Origin: Arenimonas sp. | GTDB taxonomy: Bacteria > Pseudomonadota > Gammaproteobacteria > Xanthomonadales > Xanthomonadaceae | Direction: 5' to 3' | NCBI GenBank assembly: GCA_036676335.1 | Contig: JAKFDD010000012.1 | Span: 278,726 to 342,725 of the forward strand | DNA length: 64,000 nt | Shown here: positions 9,392 through 18,314 of the stretch, piece by piece | Layout: each line of letters opens with the position of its first letter | How positions within the stretch are numbered: the first letter of the stretch is position 1 | Notes under the pieces: model-generated | What the model was told of the DNA's origin: nothing | Databases searched by the model: none | Seen by the model: only the letters and a program-made list of their open reading frames with translations | Translations under genes and position numbers: made by a program

Positions 9392-11556
9392 TATTTCCTG
9401 GCGGCTTTCTCGCGCTCTTTACGCAAAGGATCGAGTGCACGGAAACGCTCACCGTATTCGTCCGTGAGTTTGCGGGCTTCGTACGGATCCCGAACAATGG
9501 TAGGCGTAATTAAAATCAGGACTTCCTGACGGTTCTTGGTATTGGATTTTTGACCAAACAATCCGCCTATCACCGGAATCCGGCTCAAGAAAGGAATACC
9601 TGACGAGCCTTTGCCTGTCTCGGTCTTGATTAAACCGGCCAGCACAACTGTTTCGCCGCTTTGCACTGCAACTTCAGTATGCAGGTCCTGATTGTCGACA
9701 CTGATATTTCCCGCAACCGCACCTACCGTACTGCTGGGCGAACTAATGTCTTGCGTGATTTCCATGAATACCATGCCATTGCTGGCCACTCGCGGTTTCA
9801 CTTTCAGACTCACGCCGGTCTGGCGGAATTGCACCTGACTATAAGTATTGTCGGTGTTGTTGTTGCCGCCCGGGTTCAAGATCGTGCTGGCAACCGGAAT
9901 TTGAGTACCCGAATTGAAGTTTGCCTCGACATTGTTTCTTACCAGCAATGAAGGCGCAGATAAAACCCGCAGATCCGATACGTTATCCAGAGTGTTGATC
10001 ACCGCCTTTGCGCTCGGTCCGATAAAAGTCCAGTTCACGCCAGCACCACCATCGGTTCCATCAATATTCGAACCGGTGGTCCGCCAGTCATTGGACGTTT
10101 GTGAATCAAGCAGTTCACTCGCATTGGTAATTGCGTTTCCAAAGAACCAACTCACGCCGTATTGCAAATCGCCCGTCAGTTTGACTTCAAGCACCTGCGC
10201 TTCCACATGCACTTGCAAAGGCATCGTATCGAGTCGCTCGATCGCACGGCGAATCGATTCCCATTGACCCGGACTTGCGCGTACCAACAACGAATTGCTT
10301 TCTTCAACGGCACTTATGCTGACATCGCCGCCCGCAATGGAGAGCTCGGAATTTCTTGCATCGGCAATCGAACCCGGTTTAGACGAGTTTGCCGGCGGCG
10401 GATTATTGATGGTACGAACTTCAACCGGTTCCAGACCGGGTTGCAGCGAAACCGAATCATTTCTGTTGCTGCTGCCGGAGCTATTGCCGAATACACTGCT
10501 CAGTTGATCCGCCAGGTCGGCCGCTTTGACGTTCTTTACTTCATGCACATACAAGCGAACGCCTTCGCCGCCTGCATCCATGCGTTCGATCCAGACTTCC
10601 ACATCGCGCAAATATTTCGGCTGCGAAGTAATCACCATCACGGCATTCTGCCCTTCGAGCGGCATAAAGCGGAACATGCCCGACAGCGGAGTCTTGCCGG
10701 TTTCACCAAAGACTTTATCAAGCTCGGTCACGATCTTGCTGGCTTCGGCCGATTGCAACGGGAAAATGCCGACCGACATGCCGGCCAGCCAATCGACGTC
10801 GAAAATTTCGATCGTGCGAATATAATTCTGCAGCTCGGCACGAGTACCGCCCAGCACAATCATGTTTCGCATGTTGTCCACCTGGACAATCGCTTTGTCG
10901 CGTGCATAAGGTTTCAGCAATTTTTCCATTTCAGTGGCGGAAATGAATTTCAACGGGATCGCACGCACTTCATAACCACGGGCATTGGCAGGCGAGCCGG
11001 TACGCGGCGCCAAATTACCCGCGACTGCCTGATCACTCGGCACGACGTTGTATCGGCCATCGCTCCAGATCAAACGGGCGTTATTCCAACCCAGCACCAT
11101 TTCCAGCAATGAAACCGCCTGCGCCGGACTCACCGGACGCGGCGTAGCCAGAGTGACCGTACCCGATACACCCGGTGCGATAACGTAATTTTGTTGCAGA
11201 AGATCGCCAAGGATCACTTTTACGACAGTCTGTACTGATTCGCCTTCAAAGTTGAAAGTGGCATCCCCGGCAGAACCCAGATTCGGCGCAGGCATTGCAG
11301 CCACTCGCTGGTTGATCAATTGACCATTGCCTGTACGAATTGTCGCAGCTGAAGTTTTCTTTGCCGGCTCGTCGGTACTTGTCGATGCTTCGTTCTTGTT
11401 TTCAGTGGTCGGCTGCTGACTACCCATTAATTCAGGTGCGCGCTTCATCATGATGTCAGACTTCGCCGGTTCGGCAGCCCAGGCTGTCGTAATCGTGAAG
11501 ACGGTCGTCAGAAGAATCAGCGGCAGTCGTAGTTTAAGCAATCGTAATTTCAACAT
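9391..11556 (-). CDS. gspD: Type II secretion system secretin GspD (XpsD-like)
   Basis: Signal peptide, N0-N3 domains and a C-terminal secretin domain (VLSAPSLLV...GETVVLAGLI...GIPFLSRIPVIGGLFG). Confidence 0.95.
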   Translation of the reverse strand: MLKLRLLKLRLPLILLTTVFTITTAWAAEPAKSDIMMKRAPELMGSQQPTTENKNEASTSTDEPAKKTSAATIRTGNGQLINQRVAAMPAPNLGSAGDATFNFEGESVQTVVKVILGDLLQQNYVIAPGVSGTVTLATPRPVSPAQAVSLLEMVLGWNNARLIWSDGRYNVVPSDQAVAGNLAPRTGSPANARGYEVRAIPLKFISATEMEKLLKPYARDKAIVQVDNMRNMIVLGGTRAELQNYIRTIEIFDVDWLAGMSVGIFPLQSAEASKIVTELDKVFGETGKTPLSGMFRFMPLEGQNAVMVITSQPKYLRDVEVWIERMDAGGEGVRLYVHEVKNVKAADLADQLSSVFGNSSGSSNRNDSVSLQPGLEPVEVRTINNPPPANSSKPGSIADARNSELSIAGGDVSISAVEESNSLLVRASPGQWESIRRAIERLDTMPLQVHVEAQVLEVKLTGDLQYGVSWFFGNAITNASELLDSQTSNDWRTTGSNIDGTDGGAGVNWTFIGPSAKAVINTLDNVSDLRVLSAPSLLVRNNVEANFNSGTQIPVASTILNPGGNNNTDNTYSQVQFRQTGVSLKVKPRVASNGMVFMEITQDISSPSSTVGAVAGNISVDNQDLHTEVAVQSGETVVLAGLIKTETGKGSSGIPFLSRIPVIGGLFGQKSNTKNRQEVLILITPTIVRDPYEARKLTDEYGERFRALDPLRKEREKAARK

Positions 11557-11570
11557 GTTTTCTACTCTCG

Positions 11571-12317
11571 TTATTTTTTCGCGTCCGACGCTGCTTTCGC
11601 AGCATCGGCTTGCATTTGTGCACGACGTGCGGCGATGCGTTGCCGGATCGCTTCAATTTGCTGCTCTTGTGACATGTTTTGCGCTGCCGGCGCCGGTGCG
11701 GATGCCACTGGATTGGCATTGGCTGGCGGCGCAGTTTGCATGGGTTGCGCAGCGACAACATTCGGCTGGACATTGGTATTCGCGGGGGCGGATGCCGTGG
11801 CGACGGCAGTCGGTGGTTCTCCGCCTTTGCCGTTGAATACCAGCAAGTCCAATGTTCGTTGGCCGCTAGGACCTTCAAGCACGGCACGACGTGGCTCCAG
11901 TTGTACCAAACGCCAACCACTGCCTTCGATCAATTCACCAAGACGTACGCGATGTACGGCAGTGCCCTGGTTATCGCGAAGTATCGCCATCTTCAAATTT
12001 GGCGTCAGCAAAACGCTGCCGAGCGATACATCGATATCTGCACCTGAATTATCACCCGGCGCTGCCTGGACGATGCCTGGCCGACGATCGAACATCAATA
12101 ATGGACGCGTGCCAACTTCCACATAATTACCCAGTGGTTCGAGCACTGCTTTGCTTCTGGCAATTTTTACGTCCGGAATGGCCTTGGCCAGACTCATATC
12201 AACCGGCAATGGATTGAAGCGCGCACCGACTCCGGAAAACGCCGCTACCAATACCAGGATCGCCCATACAACGAAGCCGGCAAGCAACATGGTGTAGGTG
12301 TTGTTGAACCTAACCAT
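11571..12317 (-). CDS. gspN: T2SS protein N (XpsN-type, GspC-like inner-membrane component)
   Basis: It sits between gspM and gspD as in xps clusters. Single N-terminal TM and an Ala/Pro-rich C-terminus. Start re-placed at ATG 12315-12317 (MVRFNNTYTMLLAGF). Confidence 0.7.
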   Translation of the reverse strand: MVRFNNTYTMLLAGFVVWAILVLVAAFSGVGARFNPLPVDMSLAKAIPDVKIARSKAVLEPLGNYVEVGTRPLLMFDRRPGIVQAAPGDNSGADIDVSLGSVLLTPNLKMAILRDNQGTAVHRVRLGELIEGSGWRLVQLEPRRAVLEGPSGQRTLDLLVFNGKGGEPPTAVATASAPANTNVQPNVVAAQPMQTAPPANANPVASAPAPAAQNMSQEQQIEAIRQRIAARRAQMQADAAKAASDAKK

Positions 12318-12936
12318 TGGCTTTCCCCTGGTTTTCAGGAGGCAATTGAATATAGCCAAACAAGTCGAACACGACCTCGACTGCACCGCCTGGTGGGCCA
12401 ACGTTGTTATAGCTGGCGCGCGACAGCAATTCCAGATTGTCGATAAATAATTGCGGACTGCCGCCTTCAAGCGAATGCATGATCGTCGCGACTTCAGCCA
12501 TGCCACAACGCAAGCGAACTTGCACGGTTACGCGCTGAAAATCTTCTTTCAATACACTATCGGTCGGCGTACGTGCGGTAATCTGGCAAGCGTTGGGGTT
12601 GGGATTCGCCGCACTAACCACTTGTTCCAAACGCTGTACCAGCGCTGCACTTGCCAATTCCTTGTTTGCTTCAGGCAAGAAGTGCGGTGACGCCGATTGC
12701 TGCTGCCTGACTTCCGCCAATTTCTTTTCCAAGGCCGGGCGCTGGCTGGCTTCCATCCGGAATTGCAATTCCTGATCGCGCAGCTGATTGATCTGTTCGC
12801 CCATGCCCATCATGGGTGCGGCAAACCACCAATGCACCAATAGAAAATAAGCCAGTGCAATCACGACGATCACACCGAGGAAAATTTGCCAGCGTTTCGC
12901 TGTCACGGGCAACGCTTTCTTATCAAGGCTTGTCAT
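12310..12936 (-). CDS. gspM: T2SS protein M
   Basis: Position after gspL; single TM (WQIFLGVIVVIALAYFLLV); size typical of GspM. Confidence 0.75.
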   Translation of the reverse strand: MTSLDKKALPVTAKRWQIFLGVIVVIALAYFLLVHWWFAAPMMGMGEQINQLRDQELQFRMEASQRPALEKKLAEVRQQQSASPHFLPEANKELASAALVQRLEQVVSAANPNPNACQITARTPTDSVLKEDFQRVTVQVRLRCGMAEVATIMHSLEGGSPQLFIDNLELLSRASYNNVGPPGGAVEVVFDLFGYIQLPPENQGKANG

Positions 12937-14047
12937 TGGCAGCCTCCTTCGAACCGATCACCGTCGCGGTCAACGTGAAACGATCGCGATTGGTACGTGC
13001 ATCCGGTTGTACTGCCCCTGCCAATGCGGGCGAAGTGATATATGGCGAACCCTGCAATTGACCCACCAGTGCAGCCGCTTGCTTGCTTTGCCCCACCAAT
13101 ACCAGGCGACCTTCATTGACCGATAGTTTATCGAGTGAGGTGTCGTCGGGAATTCGCTTGGTCAAATCGTTGACCAGCGTCAGCATCGCAGGCTGCGAAC
13201 TTCTGAATTTCTCGAGAAAAACTTCTGCCTTTGCAGCCCGTTTTAATTGTTCACGAAAAACATTTGCCGCCTTGGCCTGTGTCTGTGCGACCTGAACTTT
13301 CTGCTCCCATTCAAGTTGCACTTTTTCGCGGTTGTTCAATACCAGATTCATTGCCGACAACAGCAACACCAGGCCGCCGAGTGCCAAGCCAACATTGATC
13401 AAAGTATGTTGATTCGAGCTGGCCGTACGCAAATTTGCAGGCAACAGATTAACGTTCAAGGTCTGCATGTTTTCGTCGAGGACATCGGCGCCACTTAAAT
13501 CGGCAGCCAGCGGTCCCAGCGGTTTCAGATTCTTATCGAGCGCCTGCTTTGGCAACACGATTAACTCGACCTGGCATTGCTTGCTCTGCAAATTGCGACT
13601 GATCACGCGTGCTTCGAAAAATACCTGATCAAGCGTGAACGGAGTTTGCCGATCGATTTCGAAACTGACAACATCGCGCAATTTACTTTCTGCCGATAAA
13701 GGCAAAGTTAAAACGCGACGCAGAACCTGCTTGTTATCGAGCAACAGGTAACGAGGTGCATCTTTTTGCTGCTGCAAACGGGCCAGACATTTTCGTAAAA
13801 GATCTTCGTCATCCGATGGCAGGTTTCCAATATCCGACAAGCGTCCATTATTTGCTGCGTAAAAATGCAAGCTGTGGTCGCGCACTCGAATGCATACACG
13901 ATGATCGGTGGCGCCTAGTAACTCCTGCCAGGATACAGGCAGCAATGCCAGGCATTCCAGGCGCGCCAAATTCCACCAGGCTGACAGAGAACTGCCTTGG
14001 TAGGCCAAGCGTATGGGTTCCAGCAAATTGGAAGTTGAATTTGTCAT
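12923..14047 (-). CDS. gspL: T2SS protein L
   Basis: Position between gspK and gspM. About 370 aa with a central TM (LINVGLALGGLVLLLSAMNLVL). Confidence 0.75.
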   Translation of the reverse strand: MTNSTSNLLEPIRLAYQGSSLSAWWNLARLECLALLPVSWQELLGATDHRVCIRVRDHSLHFYAANNGRLSDIGNLPSDDEDLLRKCLARLQQQKDAPRYLLLDNKQVLRRVLTLPLSAESKLRDVVSFEIDRQTPFTLDQVFFEARVISRNLQSKQCQVELIVLPKQALDKNLKPLGPLAADLSGADVLDENMQTLNVNLLPANLRTASSNQHTLINVGLALGGLVLLLSAMNLVLNNREKVQLEWEQKVQVAQTQAKAANVFREQLKRAAKAEVFLEKFRSSQPAMLTLVNDLTKRIPDDTSLDKLSVNEGRLVLVGQSKQAAALVGQLQGSPYITSPALAGAVQPDARTNRDRFTLTATVIGSKEAANDKP

Positions 14048-14057
14048 TAGTCTTTAT

Positions 14058-14954
14058 TTAATCGATTTCCCCCACTCGCCATGCGAGGGGCGTGTAAAGC
14101 AGGCCGAAATTACCGTTAGTTCCAACTCGCAAAGTCGCGGTTATTTCAGCACGGCTGCCATCAGGCTCAAGGGCAACGCTGGAAATACTATACGTTCCCG
14201 TGCCGCTGGTCGCGAGGGGGTTGCCGTCAGGTAGCGTAAAAACAGGCATTCCCGGCTGCCAGGCATTGCGTTCAGCCAATAATTGCGCGATTTGCGGGGC
14301 TTGCAGACCCATCGCTGCCAATACTTCCGGCGGTGCAAAACTCGGATTTGGCCTTGCCAGGCCGCTATAAATCGTTATCAATGGCTGCAGTTTCGCGTAT
14401 AGCTCCGGCGTCATCCCCAGTACCTGCTGCAATTCCGGAAGCGTCTGGAACGCTGCGTCCTTAGCACCGTAAGGACGATTTGCCGACGCATATTGAGGGT
14501 CCTCCGCGCCACCGGGCAAGCTCAACAAATCATCGGGATCGCGCCAATCCAGAATGGCTGACGTGATCTCTTGCGCTTCTTGTGGTTCCACGCCAACTGC
14601 CGATAAAAGTGGATTGATGATTTCGGCACCGGCAACATTGATATCGACCTTGCCTGATTCATCCACGACGCGGATTTCGATTTTTGATTTCTCGACATCA
14701 TATTTATATACGCGGTTATCCGGCACCCATTGCAACAATGGATCGGCATTGCTTAAACGCAAAACGGCAACATCGACGCCGCCTTCGGCTGCATAACGTG
14801 CCTGCACGCCACGGGCAAGCAATTTTCCTTGTTGCTTTTCGGTACTGGCAATCAAGGCAAACACGCCAATCACGCCGATCAAAATCACCAGCATCCATAG
14901 CACCAATAATAAGGCGATGCCTCGTTCCGATTTTTTACGATTAAACAACATCAT
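14058..14954 (-). CDS. gspK: T2SS minor pseudopilin GspK
   Basis: N-terminus RKKSERGIALLLVLWMLVIL lacks Glu5, as is typical of GspK. ATGA overlap with gspJ. Confidence 0.85.
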   Translation of the reverse strand: MMLFNRKKSERGIALLLVLWMLVILIGVIGVFALIASTEKQQGKLLARGVQARYAAEGGVDVAVLRLSNADPLLQWVPDNRVYKYDVEKSKIEIRVVDESGKVDINVAGAEIINPLLSAVGVEPQEAQEITSAILDWRDPDDLLSLPGGAEDPQYASANRPYGAKDAAFQTLPELQQVLGMTPELYAKLQPLITIYSGLARPNPSFAPPEVLAAMGLQAPQIAQLLAERNAWQPGMPVFTLPDGNPLATSGTGTYSISSVALEPDGSRAEITATLRVGTNGNFGLLYTPLAWRVGEID

Positions 14955-15736
14955 CGCTCGCCCCCAAGAACCGGACCGGGATCGAGCGTTCTGGACTGCA
15001 GGCCCGGATTGCCCGAGGCAGGAATGGCCGATGATAATTTCGATGCGGCAATCAAGGACGGCCAGTGCATTTTTTTATCGGAAAATACGATGTTCAAGCG
15101 GGTTTGCATCGGAATTTGCGTTGGGACCTCCCAATCACTTTTCCAGTCGCCAGGCTTGGACTCGTCGTCGAGAGTGCGATACGAAAACTCGGCACGCTTG
15201 ATACCATCGAGCAATATTTCGGGCTTGCGTTCCGGATCGAGCAAGCCCTCGGTGGTAATTTGCTGAAACTGAAATTCCAGCTGATAGTTTTCGCCGTTGC
15301 GTTTCAACTCGAAGGTCTGCAAATAGGCCCCGCCGTATGACAAGTAACCGGGCATATTGGCGACAAATTGCAGCTTATCCCGGTCACCCGAAAAAAAAGT
15401 GGCTTCGCCATTGGTCGCATCGAATTCATAGGCAATCGGCAGCGCGCCGGTAATTTGTCGCCGCACGAAACTCTGCACGCTGCGCAGTTTTTCATTGCGT
15501 TCTGCAGTGACTTCCGATTTTGCCGCCGATGCCGCCGTGCTGCGCATCAAGTTCAAACCCAGCAACACCAGCAAAGCCATCAAGCCTGTTACGACCAGCA
15601 TTTCGAGCAGCGTGAATCCAGTAGCGATGCACATGGATGTGCGAGTGCCGCGAGAGGCAGGATGCCGGAAGCGGCCGCTGCGTATGGATATGATGGTGCC
15701 GCGCCGTGAAGATTGCCGATAGCTTTTCATCTTCAT
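14951..15736 (-). CDS. gspJ: T2SS minor pseudopilin GspJ (long leader if started at 15736)
   Basis: Prepilin motif G|FTLLEMLVV. ATG 15734-15736 forms an ATGA overlap with the gspI stop and gives a 40-aa leader. The alternative internal ATG 15632-15634 (MCIATG|FTLLE) gives a 5-aa leader. Confidence 0.8.
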   Translation of the reverse strand: MKMKSYRQSSRRGTIISIRSGRFRHPASRGTRTSMCIATGFTLLEMLVVTGLMALLVLLGLNLMRSTAASAAKSEVTAERNEKLRSVQSFVRRQITGALPIAYEFDATNGEATFFSGDRDKLQFVANMPGYLSYGGAYLQTFELKRNGENYQLEFQFQQITTEGLLDPERKPEILLDGIKRAEFSYRTLDDESKPGDWKSDWEVPTQIPMQTRLNIVFSDKKMHWPSLIAASKLSSAIPASGNPGLQSRTLDPGPVLGGER

Positions 15737-16221
15737 AGCTGCGGCTCGTAGTGCTCGATCGGCGGCTGACGCGCCTTGTAATTCACGAAACGCAATTGCT
15801 CCTGCGATTTATTGTTGCCCCAGTTCACCAAAAGATTGATTTGATACAACACCGGCGGATTAACGGCTTCAGTCTGGCTGGTCGGCACATCGGCACCGAT
15901 ACTCGGATCGGGCACTTCTTTTATTTCAAGCTGATAACGGAATTTTCCGTCTTCCCAATCGCCTTCTTTGGTTCCGGGTTCGATCACTTCCATCGTGCCG
16001 ATAGTGTCGAGCAACGACTGTGCATGCATGCTGGCTTCGCTCGCCTGACTCGACCAGCGTATCTGCCGCAATCCACCCGACATCGTGGAAATAACCAGCG
16101 CGCTAATGACTGCGAGCAAGCCGACGGCCATCAATACTTCCAGCAAAGTAAAGCCATTGGCATTGCGCATGGATACGCGAGTGCCGCAGAGTACAGACTG
16201 TCGAGAGCATTCCTTTTTCAT
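15733..16221 (-). CDS. gspI: T2SS minor pseudopilin GspI (long leader if started at 16221)
   Basis: Prepilin motif G|FTLLEVLMAV. ATG 16219-16221 forms an ATGA overlap with the gspH stop and gives a 23-aa leader. The alternative ATG 16168-16170 (MRNANG|FTLLE) gives a short leader. The track ORF to 16284 is rejected. Confidence 0.8.
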   Translation of the reverse strand: MKKECSRQSVLCGTRVSMRNANGFTLLEVLMAVGLLAVISALVISTMSGGLRQIRWSSQASEASMHAQSLLDTIGTMEVIEPGTKEGDWEDGKFRYQLEIKEVPDPSIGADVPTSQTEAVNPPVLYQINLLVNWGNNKSQEQLRFVNYKARQPPIEHYEPQL

Positions 16222-16670
16222 AAATTCGACTCTGGCTTGCTCACACTGACTTCGCCAGTCAGCCATTTCACATCGACCTGCCATTTCGCGGTGTCATGCT
16301 GCAAAACAATGCGGCCGCCAGTCGCCGCACCATCCGGGAAAAACTTGATCGCGGCAACGCCATCTTCCGGCTGCTCGCGCTTGGCCGTTGTCGCGATAAT
16401 TTCAATCGATTTGGGTAATACGCCGGAATGATTCTTGGGACCGTTCCACTCCCGCGTCTGCGCATTGATTTGAAATGTCTGCGCCTTGCCGGTCACCATG
16501 GCCTGGCTTTTAGTAAAGCGTAATTCGGCCGCCAATTCCTTGGCTGAAGAACGCAATTGCTGACCCGGCAATTGTTTATTGAGCGTGTAGGCCGCAAAAG
16601 TCATCACCAGCGCGATCAGTCCGACCACCACAATAATTTCCAACAGACTGAAGCCACGCTGGGTTTTCAT
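16218..16670 (-). CDS. gspH: T2SS minor pseudopilin GspH
   Basis: MKTQRG|FSLLEIIVVVGLIAL prepilin N-terminus; position after gspG. Confidence 0.85.
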   Translation of the reverse strand: MKTQRGFSLLEIIVVVGLIALVMTFAAYTLNKQLPGQQLRSSAKELAAELRFTKSQAMVTGKAQTFQINAQTREWNGPKNHSGVLPKSIEIIATTAKREQPEDGVAAIKFFPDGAATGGRIVLQHDTAKWQVDVKWLTGEVSVSKPESNL

Positions 16671-16673
16671 ACA

Positions 16674-17096
16674 TCAGGGTTTTACGACGATATCTTTATC
16701 AACACCTTCACCGCCAGATTTCTTGTCCGCCGCCAGGCTGACCAATTCAAAATCGGAATCAGCACCCGGGTTACGGAATTCGATTGGCGTACCCCATGGA
16801 TCTTTCAATTGCTTTTCGGTCGTATAAGGACCCAACCAGCCGTCGGCATTACCCGGTGCAGTCACCAGTGCATTCAAATTCTCTGGCAGACTGCCTACAT
16901 CTGTTTGATACTCGCTGACTTTCTGGGTAAGTAAATTGAGCTGGGTTTCGGTCAGTTTGTAATTGGATTTATTCTTGCTGCCGACGATGCTATTGGCAGC
17001 GAGCGCAACGATGCCACCGATCAATAAAATGACGACCGCCAATTCAATCAAGGTAAAACCACTTTGCGATGCTATTGGTCGATACTGGCGTTTCAT
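16674..17096 (-). CDS. gspG: T2SS major pseudopilin GspG
   Basis: SQSG|FTLIELAVVILLIG and the conserved DPWGTPIEF motif. Confidence 0.92.
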   Translation of the reverse strand: MKRQYRPIASQSGFTLIELAVVILLIGGIVALAANSIVGSKNKSNYKLTETQLNLLTQKVSEYQTDVGSLPENLNALVTAPGNADGWLGPYTTEKQLKDPWGTPIEFRNPGADSDFELVSLAADKKSGGEGVDKDIVVKP

Positions 17097-18313
17097 TAGA
17101 CAACTGCTCCCGTTAAATTAAAGATTGGTAACAACACGGCCAGGATGATGCAGAACACCATCAAGGTCATCAACAAAGTCAGCACCGGCAATAGCGCTGC
17201 CATCAGGCGACTGATGGAATGATTGGCTTCGGTGTCGAAGGTATCGGCCACTTTCAGCAACATCGTGTCCAACTCTCCCGACTCTTCGCCAACCTGCACC
17301 ATTTGCACCGCAAGTCGAGGAAAACTTTTCTGCTTGGCCAGCGCATAGGCCAGACCGGAACCGGTTTTCACCTCGTTTGCCGCCACATCGACCGACTGCC
17401 CCAACACTTGGTTAAACAAAACCGGGCGCGATAAGTTCAATGCGTTCAGCAACGGAACACCGCTCTGTACCAAGGTTCCCAGGGTCCGGGCGAACCTTGC
17501 CGTATCAATTCTGGCCACCAGCGGGCCGAATAGCTTCGAATTCAGAATGCGTTGGTCCACTGCCAGACGCCAAGTCGGGTTTTGCCACTGCTTCTGCAAC
17601 CAATACCCAAAAATAATGAATAGAGGGATCGGCACCCACCACCAATCACGCACGATGTGGCTAACCCACATCAATACGGTGGTGTACCAGGGAACTTCGG
17701 CGCCAAAGTCCTCGAACAGGGATTCGAATTGCGGCAATACCAAAGTGAATAAAAGAAAAAATGCGATCACGACCATCAGCATCAAAATGCAGGGATAGAT
17801 CAGGGCATTGATCAGCTTCATCCGAAATTCGCGGCTTCGCTCCAGGTATTCGGCGACGCGCGTCAAACTAAGCTGCAAGCCACCACCGGCTTCGCCGGCA
17901 CGCACCATGTTCACCATCAAGCGGGAAAACAATCCATGCTGCTGTTCGAGTGCATTCGACAAGGTACCGCCACCACGTACCGATTCGCGAATGCGTTCCA
18001 GTATTTTTTTTGCGCTGGCCGATTCGGGCAAATCAAGCAATACACCAAGTGCCTTATCCAGCGGTTGTCCGGCGCCCAGCAACGTCGCCAGTTGCTGGGT
18101 GAATTGCAGCACCTGGGCATCGCTCATTTCGCTTTTTTTCAAGAAAGAAAACAAGCTGCCCTGTTCCGACAAGCTGTCGGAACGCTGTGCTTCGATCGGC
18201 AGATAACCCTGTTCCTGCAAACGCGCGATGACTTCCTCGGACGAAGCTGCCTCCATTTGCCCGACCAGATTGTCACCTGCCGATGACAGGGCCTTGTAGC
18301 GGAACAAAGGCAT
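17096..18313 (-). CDS. gspF: T2SS inner-membrane platform protein GspF
   Basis: Duplicated GspF/PilC repeats and 3 TM segments in 405 aa; directly follows gspE. Confidence 0.92.
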   Translation of the reverse strand: MPLFRYKALSSAGDNLVGQMEAASSEEVIARLQEQGYLPIEAQRSDSLSEQGSLFSFLKKSEMSDAQVLQFTQQLATLLGAGQPLDKALGVLLDLPESASAKKILERIRESVRGGGTLSNALEQQHGLFSRLMVNMVRAGEAGGGLQLSLTRVAEYLERSREFRMKLINALIYPCILMLMVVIAFFLLFTLVLPQFESLFEDFGAEVPWYTTVLMWVSHIVRDWWWVPIPLFIIFGYWLQKQWQNPTWRLAVDQRILNSKLFGPLVARIDTARFARTLGTLVQSGVPLLNALNLSRPVLFNQVLGQSVDVAANEVKTGSGLAYALAKQKSFPRLAVQMVQVGEESGELDTMLLKVADTFDTEANHSISRLMAALLPVLTLLMTLMVFCIILAVLLPIFNLTGAVV

Positions 18314-18314
18314 A

